Positions 1 through 9,595 of a stretch of DNA of 64,000 bases are shown piece by piece. The notes below the pieces were generated by a model. The model made no database searches and had not been told where the DNA came from. It saw only the letters and a list, made by a program, of their open reading frames with translations. Positions within the stretch are counted from its first letter, which is position 1; each line of letters starts with the position of its first letter. The position numbers were made by a program, and so were the translations under genes. The stretch is from Natribaculum luteum (lineage in GTDB: Archaea > Halobacteriota > Halobacteria > Halobacteriales > Natrialbaceae), in assembly GCF_023008545.1 (NCBI RefSeq), contig NZ_CP095397.1:2715199-2779198 (forward strand), read 5' to 3'.

Positions 1-180
1 CTCGGCGATCGCCGCCTCGAGAGTGTCGACGTCGCCGTCGAGCGCGGCGGCAAGGAGCGCGTACACCCGCGAGCGCGACCGGAGGAGCGCGGGGTCGCGT
101 GGCGAGACGTCCGCGGGTCGTCCGCTCGAGTCGGGGGCTGGCTCCCGGACGCGATCGGCAACCGACTCGGGGTCGCTCAC
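1..180 (-). CDS. Partial TorD/DmsD-like redox-enzyme maturation chaperone. It starts at GTG 180..178, overlaps the upstream stop as GTGA, and runs off the window start.
   Basis: The minus-strand translation VSDPESVADRVREPAPDSSGRPADVSPRDPALLRSRSRVYALLAAALDGDVDTLEAAIAE resembles TorD-family N-termini. It lies immediately downstream of a TAT-dependent Mo-enzyme catalytic subunit. Confidence 0.4.
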   Translation of the reverse strand, partial: MSDPESVADRVREPAPDSSGRPADVSPRDPALLRSRSRVYALLAAALDGDVDTLEAAIAE

Positions 181-3100
181 TCGCCGTCACCTCGCTTGCG
201 GACCTCGACGTAAGCGTCGAACTGGGCGTTGCTGCCGCCGACGAGGTCGCTCATTCCGGTGTCGCCCAGTTCGGTGTCGAGCGGCTGGAGATGGTTGACG
301 GCGAAGCCGGCGTCGCGGCCCTTCGCGTAGCCGGCCTCCTCGCGCGTCGGGGTGTCGAACTCGTAGGGGGTGTGGCCGTACCGATCGACCGGCTCTCGAG
401 TCGAGCCGTCGACGGTCTGTGCGGTCGCGCCGTCGCCGGTGCGCCCCCATCCCCACATGGTCCCGACGACACCGGGCCGGATGCCGTTCGTGACCATCGC
501 GGTCGCCTCGACGGTTCGGCGACCGGCGTCGATCTCGATCGCGTCACCGTTCTCGATGCCGCGTTCCTCGGCGTCTCGCGGGTTGATCCACAGGGGATTC
601 TCCGGGCGCGTCTCCCGCAGCCACGGGCTGTTGTGCGTCCGGGTCATCCCCTGGGTGCGTGGCTTCCAGTTTATCAACTGCAGCGGCCGATCGGGTGCGT
701 CCTCGGAGACGACAGGGACCTGCACCGACTCGTCGTAGTGGCGGACGTCGTCGACGCGAGGGAGTGGATCGAACCGTTCGCCGGTGTAGGAGTGTTTGCC
801 CGTCGCCACGACTTCGCTGTAGAAGTTTACCCGCGATCCGAGTTTGTACCGCATATGCTCGCCGTCGTAGGCGTTCGACCGGTCGCCGTACCGGCCGGCG
901 TAATCGTAGTCGTAGCCGTGTTCGGCGAACGCCTCCTCGTAGTCCTCGACCGGTTCCTCGAAGCGACCGCCACGGTTGAGGACGGCGACGACCTTCCGCC
1001 ACTCCTCGTCTCTCACGGCCGCCCGCCAGCGCTCGAGGTCGAAGTGCTCGCCCAGGCCCTTCTCGTGGGCGTTCCGAAACACCGCGAGTTCCTCGTCGCT
1101 GGCGTCGGCGACCGGGTCGCCGTCGTAGGCGACGTTCGCCACGAGCTTGAGGTAGAAGTCCTCGGCCCGGTGGAGCGGCCAGGTCTCGCCGTCGGCGTCG
1201 AGGATGGCGTCTTCACCGACGCCCGGCAGGTCCATGCGCTTCCAGATATCGATCAGTACCTCCTCGAACGGCCGGGCGTCCGGAACGACTTTCACCGTCG
1301 GCTGGCTGATCTTCTCGTCCGCGAGCCGTTTGTTCGGGTAGGTGCCGAAGTTCTCCCAGCGCTCGAGGTAGGTCGGCTCCGGCAGCACGTAGTCGGCGTA
1401 CTGGCTCGTATCGCCGATGACCGTGTCTGCGGCGACCACTAGCGGGATGGCGTCCTCGTCGGCCAACACGTCGGGGATCTCGTCGCCGCCGGCGACCGCC
1501 ATCACGTGGTTGTTGGAGTACGGCCGGATGAACAGCGCCCCGATCGAGTAGGGGTACTCGTCGTCGGCGCTCGCGTAGAGTTCCTGGACCTCGTGTGGCG
1601 GCGCGACGGGGAACCACGGCCGCTTGGCCGGATAGCCGTCGTCGCGGTCGAACAGCGTCGTCTCCTCGTAGGAGACGCCGCCGCGAACGATCGGGATCCC
1701 CCACGGCTCGTACCCGTCGGGGACGGTTCCGAGGTCGTACCGGCCGCTCATCGTGGCGAAGCCGGCGTAGGGCGTGATCTGGCCCCCCTTCCAGTCGTAG
1801 TTGCCGATCAGGTGCTGGAGGGTGGCGACCGCACGCTGGGTGTAGAACCCGTTCGAGTGTTTCGCCGGGCCGCGGTAGGCCATGATCGCCGCGCGCTTGC
1901 CGTGGCTCGTGAACTCGTCGGCCAGTTCCGCGACGTCTGCGACCGAGACGCCGGCCATCTCGGCGTACTCCTCGAGGGTGTACTCGAAGACGCGCTCTCT
2001 GTACAGCGTCCACGCGCTCTTGACGCGCCGTCCGTCGATCGTCAACTCGACGTCCAGGACGCCCTCGTCGGCCTCGCTCGCGGGAACCGGCTCGCCCGTC
2101 GTGGCGTCGACGACCACGAACTCGTCCCCGTCGCCGCCTCCGGCCGTCTCGAGACCGAGGTCCGCGGCTCGAGCCTTCGGCGCGGCCTCCTCGTCGACGA
2201 GGACGAGGTGGGTGGCGTCGCTCCAGGTCGGCTCGCCGTCGTCTGCGGCAGCTGTCTCGGCGGGGTTTCGGAGGTACTCGACGTCGTGGCGGTCGTGCTC
2301 TACGATCCACCGGGCCATTCCCATCGCCAGCGCGGCGTCGCTGCCGGGATCGACCGGAACCCACTTCTCGGCCTTCTCGGCGGTCTTCGACAGCCGCGGG
2401 TCGACGACGTCCATCCGCATGCCGTCCTGGATCGCGTTCGTCAGCTTCGGGGCGAGCCACGTCGGCCCCTTGTTGGCGACCATCGGGTTCGTCCCCCAGA
2501 CGAGGAGGTACTCGCAGTTCTCGACGTCGGGGTACTGGCGTTTCTTCTGCCCGGCGTAGGAACGGACGTTGCCCATCACGCTCGAGAACCCGCAGGTGCC
2601 AGCGTGGTGGTGGCTGTTGATCGACCCCAGTCCCTGGTGCCACAGGCGCGTCCGGATGAAGTTCCGCCGGAAGCCGCCCACGTCGACGATCCGGTTCGCC
2701 TTCGGGCCGAGGTCGGGGTGGTCGGTGTCGATGAGGACGTCCTCGTAGCGCTCGTCGAACTCGCTTCGCTCGAGGTCGCCGTTCTGGACGGCCTCCCAGT
2801 CGGCCATGACCTCGTCTTCGGGGGCGTACGCCCACACGTCCCTGATGCCGGGGTGACCGAGTTCGTCGTCGCCCTCGACGATCTCCTCGATCGCCTGCTC
2901 CCAGGAGATCGTCTGCCACTCGCCGCTGCCTCGCGGCCCGACGCGTTTCATCGGCTTGCGAACGCGGTAGCTGTCGAATGCGGTCTGGATACCCGCCTGT
3001 CCTTTCAGGCACATCCGGCCGCCCGACAGCGACCAGCGCGCGGTGTCGACGTCGCCGGTGCCCTCGAGGTCGCCGGTCGCGACGTCCTCGGGGTCGCTCC

Positions 3101-3473
3101 CGTAGGGAACCTGGGCGAACGGCTGCGTGTTCAGAAACGAGTAGGGGTTGCCCGCCAGTTTGCGCACGAGCGAACTGTACTGGCCGTCTCCGGACTCGTC
3201 GGCGAGTCGCACCGTGATCGGGCAGAACGTGTTGCACTGCCCGCAGGTGGTGTACAGTACGTCGTCGGCGTCGTACTCGCCGTAGTCCGTGCCGACGCCG
3301 TGGTCATCGTCGTCCGTCCAGAGCGAGGACGGGTCGAGGTCGAACGTCGCGTTGCTGGCGGCGGCGACCGCGCCGATTCCGGCGGCCGCCTTGACAAAGT
3401 CGCGTCGATCGAGCGACGGCTGTTCGTCGGAACTGTCGGGTGTCGCGTCTGCGTCTGGATCGTGAGAACTCAC
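177..3473 (-). CDS. Molybdopterin (bis-MGD) oxidoreductase catalytic subunit, TAT-exported. It belongs to the Ttr/Psr/Phs-like family and is about 1098 aa.
   Basis: N-terminal twin-arginine signal (RRDFVKAAAGIGAVAAASNA). Cys motif TTCGQCNTFCP for an N-terminal FeS cluster. The size and the gene order B-C-A resemble tetrathionate reductase. Confidence 0.85.
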   Translation of the reverse strand: MSSHDPDADATPDSSDEQPSLDRRDFVKAAAGIGAVAAASNATFDLDPSSLWTDDDDHGVGTDYGEYDADDVLYTTCGQCNTFCPITVRLADESGDGQYSSLVRKLAGNPYSFLNTQPFAQVPYGSDPEDVATGDLEGTGDVDTARWSLSGGRMCLKGQAGIQTAFDSYRVRKPMKRVGPRGSGEWQTISWEQAIEEIVEGDDELGHPGIRDVWAYAPEDEVMADWEAVQNGDLERSEFDERYEDVLIDTDHPDLGPKANRIVDVGGFRRNFIRTRLWHQGLGSINSHHHAGTCGFSSVMGNVRSYAGQKKRQYPDVENCEYLLVWGTNPMVANKGPTWLAPKLTNAIQDGMRMDVVDPRLSKTAEKAEKWVPVDPGSDAALAMGMARWIVEHDRHDVEYLRNPAETAAADDGEPTWSDATHLVLVDEEAAPKARAADLGLETAGGGDGDEFVVVDATTGEPVPASEADEGVLDVELTIDGRRVKSAWTLYRERVFEYTLEEYAEMAGVSVADVAELADEFTSHGKRAAIMAYRGPAKHSNGFYTQRAVATLQHLIGNYDWKGGQITPYAGFATMSGRYDLGTVPDGYEPWGIPIVRGGVSYEETTLFDRDDGYPAKRPWFPVAPPHEVQELYASADDEYPYSIGALFIRPYSNNHVMAVAGGDEIPDVLADEDAIPLVVAADTVIGDTSQYADYVLPEPTYLERWENFGTYPNKRLADEKISQPTVKVVPDARPFEEVLIDIWKRMDLPGVGEDAILDADGETWPLHRAEDFYLKLVANVAYDGDPVADASDEELAVFRNAHEKGLGEHFDLERWRAAVRDEEWRKVVAVLNRGGRFEEPVEDYEEAFAEHGYDYDYAGRYGDRSNAYDGEHMRYKLGSRVNFYSEVVATGKHSYTGERFDPLPRVDDVRHYDESVQVPVVSEDAPDRPLQLINWKPRTQGMTRTHNSPWLRETRPENPLWINPRDAEERGIENGDAIEIDAGRRTVEATAMVTNGIRPGVVGTMWGWGRTGDGATAQTVDGSTREPVDRYGHTPYEFDTPTREEAGYAKGRDAGFAVNHLQPLDTELGDTGMSDLVGGSNAQFDAYVEVRKRGDGE

Positions 3474-4756
3474 GTGTCGTCACCTCCGTTGGGAGTCGAC
3501 TCGAGCGGTTTCAGGGGCAGTACCTCCGCGCCGAGCGAGTACAGCAGCAGGCCGACGGCGACGATTCCCAGGCTTGTGAGCCACTCGACGGTCGAGGGAA
3601 CGTACGAGCCGTGGGGCAGGCCTTCCATCACCGGAAGGATCTGGGGTGGGACGACGATGTTGAACCGGACGGCCACGATGCCGACCACGACGAACAGCCC
3701 GGCGATCGCCGCCGGGAGCGGCGACCGTCGCCACGAGCGCTTGCTCAAGATGACAAGCGGGAACACCCAGCCGAAGCCGACCATGAACCACCAGAACGAC
3801 CACGACATCTCGCCGAAGAGGATGACGAGCCACGTCTCGAGTTCGTGCGGGTGGAGGCTGTTGATCGCGATGAGTGCCTCGATGGCGGTGAGGGCCGCGT
3901 CGGTGAGGACGAACGCCGCGAGCAGCTGTCCCAGCCGGTCCAGCAGGTCGCGGTCGACGGCGTCGCCGGCGATCAGTTTCGTCCGGACGACGTAGAGGAT
4001 CGTCACGAGCGCGGTTCCCGAGACCACCGCCGAGACGACGAAGATGATCGGGAACAGCCCGCTGTTCCAGTACGGCCGGGCCTTCGCGACGGCGAACAGC
4101 ACGCCCGTCCCGCCGTGGACCATGAAAATCGCCAGCGGGATGCCGACCAGACCGGCGCGTTTGAGCCACCGACGGTCGGTCCGTCCCGATTCTTCGCCCG
4201 TCGACGTGCGTCCGAGGGTCAACAGCCGGCAGAGCGTCGCTCGCCAGCCACGAGCGCGCGCCGCGACGCGTGCGAGGTCGAGGCGCATCGAGAAGTACAG
4301 CTCCGTGACGAGGACGGCGACGTACGCGACGTACGCGTGAACCTCCCAGGACAGCGCCGAGGTCGGCTGTCGCCAGACGAACGGGTAGTACATGCGGTCC
4401 ATCCGGCCGAGGTCGACCCAGACGAACAGCAGCGCCACGATCATGCTGATGACCGCGGCGAACAGCGCGTCCCGGTCGATCTGCTCGAAGCCCTCCATCT
4501 CGAAGACGTTGGCGAGCGTGCTCACGAGGAACGCGCCGGCCGAGAGGCCGACGAAGTAGATGTAGAACGCGACCCACGCGCCCCACGGGGTCACACTCGA
4601 GAGGTTCGTACTCGCCATGCCGACCGTGAGCCGTCGCCACGTCGCCCACCCGCCGACCAGCAGGAGGACGGCGAGGAGGCCGTACCACGCGTACCGGACC
4701 GTCTCGCTCCGGAACCCGGGGTCGTATCGTTCCGTGATGTCCGTTATCGTCGACAT
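3470..4756 (-). CDS. NrfD/PsrC-type polytopic membrane anchor subunit of the Mo-oxidoreductase.
   Basis: 428-aa protein with many predicted TM helices. It sits between the FeS and Mo subunits and overlaps the Mo-subunit start by 4 nt. Confidence 0.85.
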   Translation of the reverse strand: MSTITDITERYDPGFRSETVRYAWYGLLAVLLLVGGWATWRRLTVGMASTNLSSVTPWGAWVAFYIYFVGLSAGAFLVSTLANVFEMEGFEQIDRDALFAAVISMIVALLFVWVDLGRMDRMYYPFVWRQPTSALSWEVHAYVAYVAVLVTELYFSMRLDLARVAARARGWRATLCRLLTLGRTSTGEESGRTDRRWLKRAGLVGIPLAIFMVHGGTGVLFAVAKARPYWNSGLFPIIFVVSAVVSGTALVTILYVVRTKLIAGDAVDRDLLDRLGQLLAAFVLTDAALTAIEALIAINSLHPHELETWLVILFGEMSWSFWWFMVGFGWVFPLVILSKRSWRRSPLPAAIAGLFVVVGIVAVRFNIVVPPQILPVMEGLPHGSYVPSTVEWLTSLGIVAVGLLLYSLGAEVLPLKPLESTPNGGDDT

Positions 4757-4760
4757 GGTT

Positions 4761-5780
4761 CTATTTCAGGTAGTAGACGTTCGGATCGGTCCCTTCGGCC
4801 TCCTTCAGCTGGAAGGCCCGCGAGGAGTCGGCCAGCTTCGACACCTCGCTATCGGGGTCGTTCAGGTCGCCCGCGTTGCGAGCGTCGCCGATGCACGTCT
4901 CGACGCAGGCTGGCTCTTCGCCGCGGTTCAACCGGTGTGTACAGAAGCTACACTTGCGCACGTTGCCGACCGGCGACTCGCCGTCGGTTCGCGGCCCGCG
5001 GTCGACGCCGTACTCCGGGCTCTGGACCTCGCCCGCGCCGTCGACCTCGTCGTAGTTCTCGCCGAAGTCGAAGTAGCGCGCGCCGTACGGACACGCGATC
5101 ATGCAGTACCGACAGCCGATACAGCGGTCGTAGTCGACGTTCACGACACCGTTTTCCATCTTGTACGTCGCCGACACCGGACACACCTGCACGCAGGGCG
5201 GGTTGTCACACTGCATACAGGGCCGGGGGACGTTCGTCCGCGTGACATCCGGGTACGCCCCGTGTTCGTCCTCCATGACGACGTTGTACGTCACGCCGGG
5301 CGGCGTCCGGTTCTCGGCCTTGCACGCGACCGTACACGAATCACAGCCGACGCACTTCTGGAGGTCGATCACCATGCCCCATTTCTCGTCGATCCCGCCC
5401 TCGCTTTCCTCGACCGCCGTCACCTCGAGCGACTCGGCGACGCGTTCCATCGAGCCGACCGAACACGACAGCGACTCGGCGACCTCGTCGTCGATCGTCT
5501 GCTCGCGGTGATCGACGGCGGGATTCGGCGTCTCGCGGTAGTCGTCGCCGAACTCCGCGGCGGCCGCGCGGTCGTACTTCTGCCAGTACGCCTCGCTCGA
5601 CAGTTCGCCGCGACCGACGCGGCGCGCGTCCTCGGCCATCGCAATACCGAGGTCGGTCCGATACGCCGTCTTCTCGAGTTCGTCGCGCGGGTCCAGCGCC
5701 TCCCGGTCTACCATGGCGTCGAGTGCCTCCCGGCTGGGGTCGTCCGGGACGCTCGGCAGCGGCTCGTCGGTGCCGCTCAT
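4761..5780 (-). CDS. 4Fe-4S ferredoxin-type electron-transfer subunit of the Mo-oxidoreductase. The start is placed at internal ATG 5780 (MSGTDEPL).
   Basis: Multiple CxxCxxCxxxCP motifs (CVGCDSCTVACKAEN, CMQCDNPPCVQVCP, CIGCRYCMIACP). It is preceded by an acidic extension of about 130 aa. The longer ORF from 5966 begins with an Arg-rich unlikely segment. Confidence 0.8.
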   Translation of the reverse strand: MSGTDEPLPSVPDDPSREALDAMVDREALDPRDELEKTAYRTDLGIAMAEDARRVGRGELSSEAYWQKYDRAAAAEFGDDYRETPNPAVDHREQTIDDEVAESLSCSVGSMERVAESLEVTAVEESEGGIDEKWGMVIDLQKCVGCDSCTVACKAENRTPPGVTYNVVMEDEHGAYPDVTRTNVPRPCMQCDNPPCVQVCPVSATYKMENGVVNVDYDRCIGCRYCMIACPYGARYFDFGENYDEVDGAGEVQSPEYGVDRGPRTDGESPVGNVRKCSFCTHRLNRGEEPACVETCIGDARNAGDLNDPDSEVSKLADSSRAFQLKEAEGTDPNVYYLK

Positions 5781-6043
5781 CGCGACCCACCGGCCGTCGG
5801 CCGAACCCGTACCCACTGTTTCGAAGTCATACAGGTACAGAGAGGGTCCCCAGGAGGCTGAGCGGACTACCGATACTGTTGGGCACGCTCGCAGGCGCAG
5901 CGTACCCACGACGGTCGGATACCGATACTGTTTGGGACGGTGCGTCGACCTCGAGGTCGCTCTCACCGAAACGGTCGAAATCGACGCCGAGATAGTTCGA
6001 GTCGCCTTTCTCCCGGAATCCGGGACTGCGTGACGGGCTATTT

Positions 6044-8011
6044 GTGTCGACGAGCCGTCCAGTCGCGTATGGTCGTCTTCTGGTCGCGACGAACGGGCCG
6101 TCGGGGGTGGTGGCAGTGAACCCGCTACTCGCGTTATCGATCGCGTTGCGACTCGCGGGGACGGGGTACTCGGTCGCGTTGCTGTACCGCAGTGGCGACC
6201 GGCGGTTCGCCTTCCTGACCGTAATGGTGGGGCTCATGGCGTCGCGCCAGCTCTGGACGGCACAGACGGCCGGCGGGACAGGACTCGAGGAGTTGCCGGG
6301 GCTGGTCGTCAGCGTCCTCGCGGTCGCGACGGTCCACTACCTCGCGCGGTACGTCGCCGAGGAGAGTCGCATCAAGACGGAACTCGAGGAGACGAACGAT
6401 CGCCTGCGGAGTTTCCGAAAGGCCGTCGAACACGCCGGCCACGCCATCTTCCTGACCGACACCGAGGGAACCATCGAGTACGCGAATCCCGCCGTCGAGG
6501 ACGTGACAGGGTACGAACCCGACGAAGTCGTCGGGACGAACCCCCGCCTGTGGAAATCCGGCGAGCACGAGGAGGCGTTCTACGAGGACCTCTGGACAAC
6601 GATCACCGCCGGCGAGGTGTGGGACGGCGAGATCATCAACCGTCGAAAGAACGGCGATCTCTGCTGGGTCGACATGACCATCGCCCCGATCACCGACGCG
6701 GACGGCGACGTCGAGCAGTTCGTCGCGGTCGACACCGACGTCACCGACCGCAAGGAGCGCGAACTGCGCATCCGCGAGCAGAAGACGCGCCTCGAGTTGC
6801 TGAACACGACCAACGAGGTCATCAGGGATGTCAACCGCGAACTGGTGCAAGCCGACTCGAAAGCGGAGGTCGAGGCGGCGGCCTGCGAGCAGTTCGCCGC
6901 GGCCGACCCCTACGAGTCGGCGTGGATCGCGACCCGGAACGTGGTCAACGACGCCGTCCGGGCACAGACGAGTACCGGCGTCGACGACGACACCCTCGAG
7001 GCGGTGATCGCGGCGATCAACGACGCCGATCGCGAGACGGCCGTCGACCGGGCACTCGAGACCGACGCGACCCAGGTCGTGGCAGGGACGGACGAGGGCG
7101 GCGACCGGTACGCGGCGGTCGACGCGGCCGCCACGGTCGCCGTTCCGCTGTCGTACCGCGGTGCACGCTACGGGGCGCTCGTCGTCCACGCGAGCGATCC
7201 CGGCGCTGCCGACGCGGTCGACGTCGACGTCCTCGACGAACTGGGCGAGACCGTCGCGTACGCGATCAACGCCGCCGAGAGCAAGCGGTTGCTCGTGACC
7301 GATCGCGTGACCGCGCTCACGTTCCGGCTCACCGCCGGAGACGACCCGCTGGTGGCGCTCGCCGACGACCTCGAGTGCGAACTCGCCCTCGAGCGCCTCT
7401 CGTCGAGCGGCGACGGCGACCTCGTCGCGTACGTCACCGTCTGCGAGACCGCCGCAGACGACGTCCTCGAGTACGCGGCCGAAAGCGACGGCGTCGACGA
7501 CGCACAGGCCGTCTGCGATCGAGACGACGAGTGCCTGTTCCGGTTCGTCGTCACCGGATCGTCGATCGTCGCCACACTCGCGGAACACGGGGCCGTCGTC
7601 CGGTCGCTCTCTGCCGACGGCGGCGAAGGGCGGCTCACGGCAGAACTCTCCGAAACAGCCGACGTTCGCAGCGTCGTCGAAGCCGTCTCCGGGTCACACC
7701 CGGGTGCCAGCCTCGTCGGACAGCGCGAGCGCGAACGGACGGCGGAGACTCGCGGGGAGTTCCGGACGACACTCGAGGAGCGATTCACCGACCGACAGCG
7801 CGAAGCCATCCAGCGTGCCCACTTCGGTGGCTTCTTCGCGTGGCCGCGGGAGTCGAGCGGCGAGGACCTCGCCGAACAGATGGACGTCAGCCAGTCGACG
7901 TTCCTCCAGCACCTCCGCGCCGGCCAGCGGAAGGTCTTCGAGGAGATCTTCGACGCCGACGAGGCGACCGACGTCGACCGTCGACGCGGCGTCGCCGCCA
8001 GCGCCGACTAA
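6044..8011 (+). CDS. PAS/GAF sensor fused to an HTH_10 (Bat/DmsR-like) transcription regulator with N-terminal TM segments.
   Basis: PAS signature (FLTDTEGTIEYANPAVEDVTGYEPDEVVGTNPRLWKSG...DGDLCWVDMTIAPI). C-terminal HTH_10 (RQREAIQRAHFGGFFAWPRESSGEDLAEQMDVSQSTFLQHLRAGQRKVFEEIF). It is divergent from the Mo-oxidoreductase operon. Confidence 0.8.
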   Translation: MSTSRPVAYGRLLVATNGPSGVVAVNPLLALSIALRLAGTGYSVALLYRSGDRRFAFLTVMVGLMASRQLWTAQTAGGTGLEELPGLVVSVLAVATVHYLARYVAEESRIKTELEETNDRLRSFRKAVEHAGHAIFLTDTEGTIEYANPAVEDVTGYEPDEVVGTNPRLWKSGEHEEAFYEDLWTTITAGEVWDGEIINRRKNGDLCWVDMTIAPITDADGDVEQFVAVDTDVTDRKERELRIREQKTRLELLNTTNEVIRDVNRELVQADSKAEVEAAACEQFAAADPYESAWIATRNVVNDAVRAQTSTGVDDDTLEAVIAAINDADRETAVDRALETDATQVVAGTDEGGDRYAAVDAAATVAVPLSYRGARYGALVVHASDPGAADAVDVDVLDELGETVAYAINAAESKRLLVTDRVTALTFRLTAGDDPLVALADDLECELALERLSSSGDGDLVAYVTVCETAADDVLEYAAESDGVDDAQAVCDRDDECLFRFVVTGSSIVATLAEHGAVVRSLSADGGEGRLTAELSETADVRSVVEAVSGSHPGASLVGQRERERTAETRGEFRTTLEERFTDRQREAIQRAHFGGFFAWPRESSGEDLAEQMDVSQSTFLQHLRAGQRKVFEEIFDADEATDVDRRRGVAASAD

Positions 8012-8568
8012 AGATAGGTGTCGCGCATCGTCTCCTCGAGCAACCCGTCGGGATCGAGGACGATGTAGACGAGCACGAACGGCTCCTGCGGGTCGAGCAC
8101 CCACACCGAGAACGGCGGCGCGGTGGACTCGGCGGCGCGGGCGACCAGCGGCTCGAGGGGTTTGACGCCGTCGCGAAACTCCGCGAAGAGGTCGCGCTGG
8201 CCTGGCTGGTCGGCGAAGGTGTAGACGACGCCGTTCGGTTCGTTGTCCGTGCTGTAGGTGACCCGTGAGTTCATCGCCTCGCCCGCCGACCGCGCCTCCT
8301 CGAAGCAGGCCTGGGCGGCCTGGAAGATCGGCTCGTCGGTGCGGACGAACCGGAATCGCGTCTCCTCGAGCACCTCGCAGTCGGCGACCGTGGGCGTCTC
8401 GTCGTCCCACTCGAGGGACGCCTCTACGCGATTGCCGGGGGTGACGTCCGGCGCGGCGTCCGCCGGAACGTACGTCGGGTCCGCCGACTCGACCTCGAGG
8501 AACAGCCACTCGTCGTCGCGTCGTCCCGGGTACACGCGGAACGTACCCGCCGTCGTGGGGAGCATCAC
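8008..8568 (-). CDS. Hypothetical acidic protein of 186 aa.
   Basis: Long ORF with acidic, haloarchaeal-type composition. I recognise no motif. It overlaps the regulator stop by 4 nt, in convergent orientation. Confidence 0.45.
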   Translation of the reverse strand: MMLPTTAGTFRVYPGRRDDEWLFLEVESADPTYVPADAAPDVTPGNRVEASLEWDDETPTVADCEVLEETRFRFVRTDEPIFQAAQACFEEARSAGEAMNSRVTYSTDNEPNGVVYTFADQPGQRDLFAEFRDGVKPLEPLVARAAESTAPPFSVWVLDPQEPFVLVYIVLDPDGLLEETMRDTYL

Positions 8569-8595
8569 CCGCCGGTTGGTCGGGGGGAAGTAAAT

Positions 8596-8979
8596 ATGTT
8601 CCAGGACGCCCGACGGAGGTCTCGACCCGTCGAGATCGAGACCAGACGATTCATGTCACTCGAGGTGAAACAACCACGCATGGTCACATCTGGACTCCGA
8701 AAGCTCTGGTACGGCTGGATGATCGTGCAGGGTCTCGCCGCCGCCGCGAGCCCCCGGCGAAGCCTCGCTCTCAACCTCCGAATCTGGGGCTGTGGCTTCG
8801 AGAACGTCGCCGACCTCGAGCCCAGGCCGTGGTACGTCCGGCTGGTTCGCGCCGCTGGCGTCGGACTGGTCGCGGCCGGAATCGCTGGCGTCCTGCTGGA
8901 AGACAGAGCCCAGGCCGAACAGATGGCGGAGTCGGAACTCGAGGCGGGCGCGGAGACGGAGACGGAGACCGCGGCCTGA
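8596..8979 (+). CDS. Hypothetical small membrane protein. The start is uncertain; ATG 8653 is an alternative.
   Basis: Two hydrophobic helices (WYGWMIVQGLAAAA; LVRAAGVGLVAAGIAGVLL) and an acidic tail. Confidence 0.3.
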   Translation: MFQDARRRSRPVEIETRRFMSLEVKQPRMVTSGLRKLWYGWMIVQGLAAAASPRRSLALNLRIWGCGFENVADLEPRPWYVRLVRAAGVGLVAAGIAGVLLEDRAQAEQMAESELEAGAETETETAA

Positions 8980-9024
8980 CCGGTCCGATCCGACGGACGA
9001 CTATTTTCGATCTCGGTGACGTCG

Positions 9025-9384
9025 TCAGCGATTGCGTTCTGCGTCGACCCACTCGCGGAGTTCCTCGGCACCGACGAAGCCGTCCGCGCGGCGTGCGACC
9101 GGGTCGCCGTCGGCAAACAGGACCAGCAGGGGGACGCTGCGAACGTCGAAGCGGTCGACGAGCGGCGGATCGTCGCGCGGGTTGACCGTCCCGACGACGG
9201 CATCCGTCGAGCGTGCGACGCCGCCGAGCACTGGTTCCATGCTCTGGCAGATGCCACAGCCTTCGGTATAGAACTCCACCAGCACGAGCGGGTGACTCGA
9301 GACCAGGTCGTCGAGGTCGTCCTCGTCGGCGAGCGACACCGGTCGGTCGGGCGTGTCCGTCGTGGCGTTCGTATCGTCAGTCAC
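9025..9384 (-). CDS. Thioredoxin.
   Basis: Thioredoxin fold with active site EGCGICQ (a CxxC motif) and conserved downstream VPLLVLF / GFVG. Confidence 0.8.
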   Translation of the reverse strand: MTDDTNATTDTPDRPVSLADEDDLDDLVSSHPLVLVEFYTEGCGICQSMEPVLGGVARSTDAVVGTVNPRDDPPLVDRFDVRSVPLLVLFADGDPVARRADGFVGAEELREWVDAERNR

Positions 9385-9595
9385 GCGTCGACGTAGGTGT
9401 CGGAGCTATCTCTGTGTTTCGCTGACAGACGGTACCACGGAACGATTCGTCTCGTCGACCGTCCCCGAACTCGGTCTACTTGCACGACGGTCGTGTTGCA
9501 CCACAAGTGACAGCCTCCCGGCAGTATCGGCGACGAGCGACGGCGGCGAGCGACGGCGGCGAGCGGGACGACAGGACGCGCGAAAACGAGGTGGG

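Noticed and set aside
1213-3995. Very long ORFs antisense to the Mo-subunit gene (674 aa on the minus strand and 829 aa on the plus strand), and similar ones elsewhere (e.g. 16538..19423 at 961 aa, 35110..37482, 43997..46396).
   Set aside because: They are Arg/Pro/Gly-rich with no motifs. They overlap well-supported genes in other frames. They are typical stop-codon-poor artefacts of GC content of about 66%.
5781-5966. The N-terminal 62 codons of ORF 4761..5966 (MRATSRSTHRPKQYRYPTVVGTLRLRACP...).
   Set aside because: Basic and non-acidic, unlike every genuine protein in this window. They lie in the divergent promoter region, so the internal ATG at 5780 is preferred.
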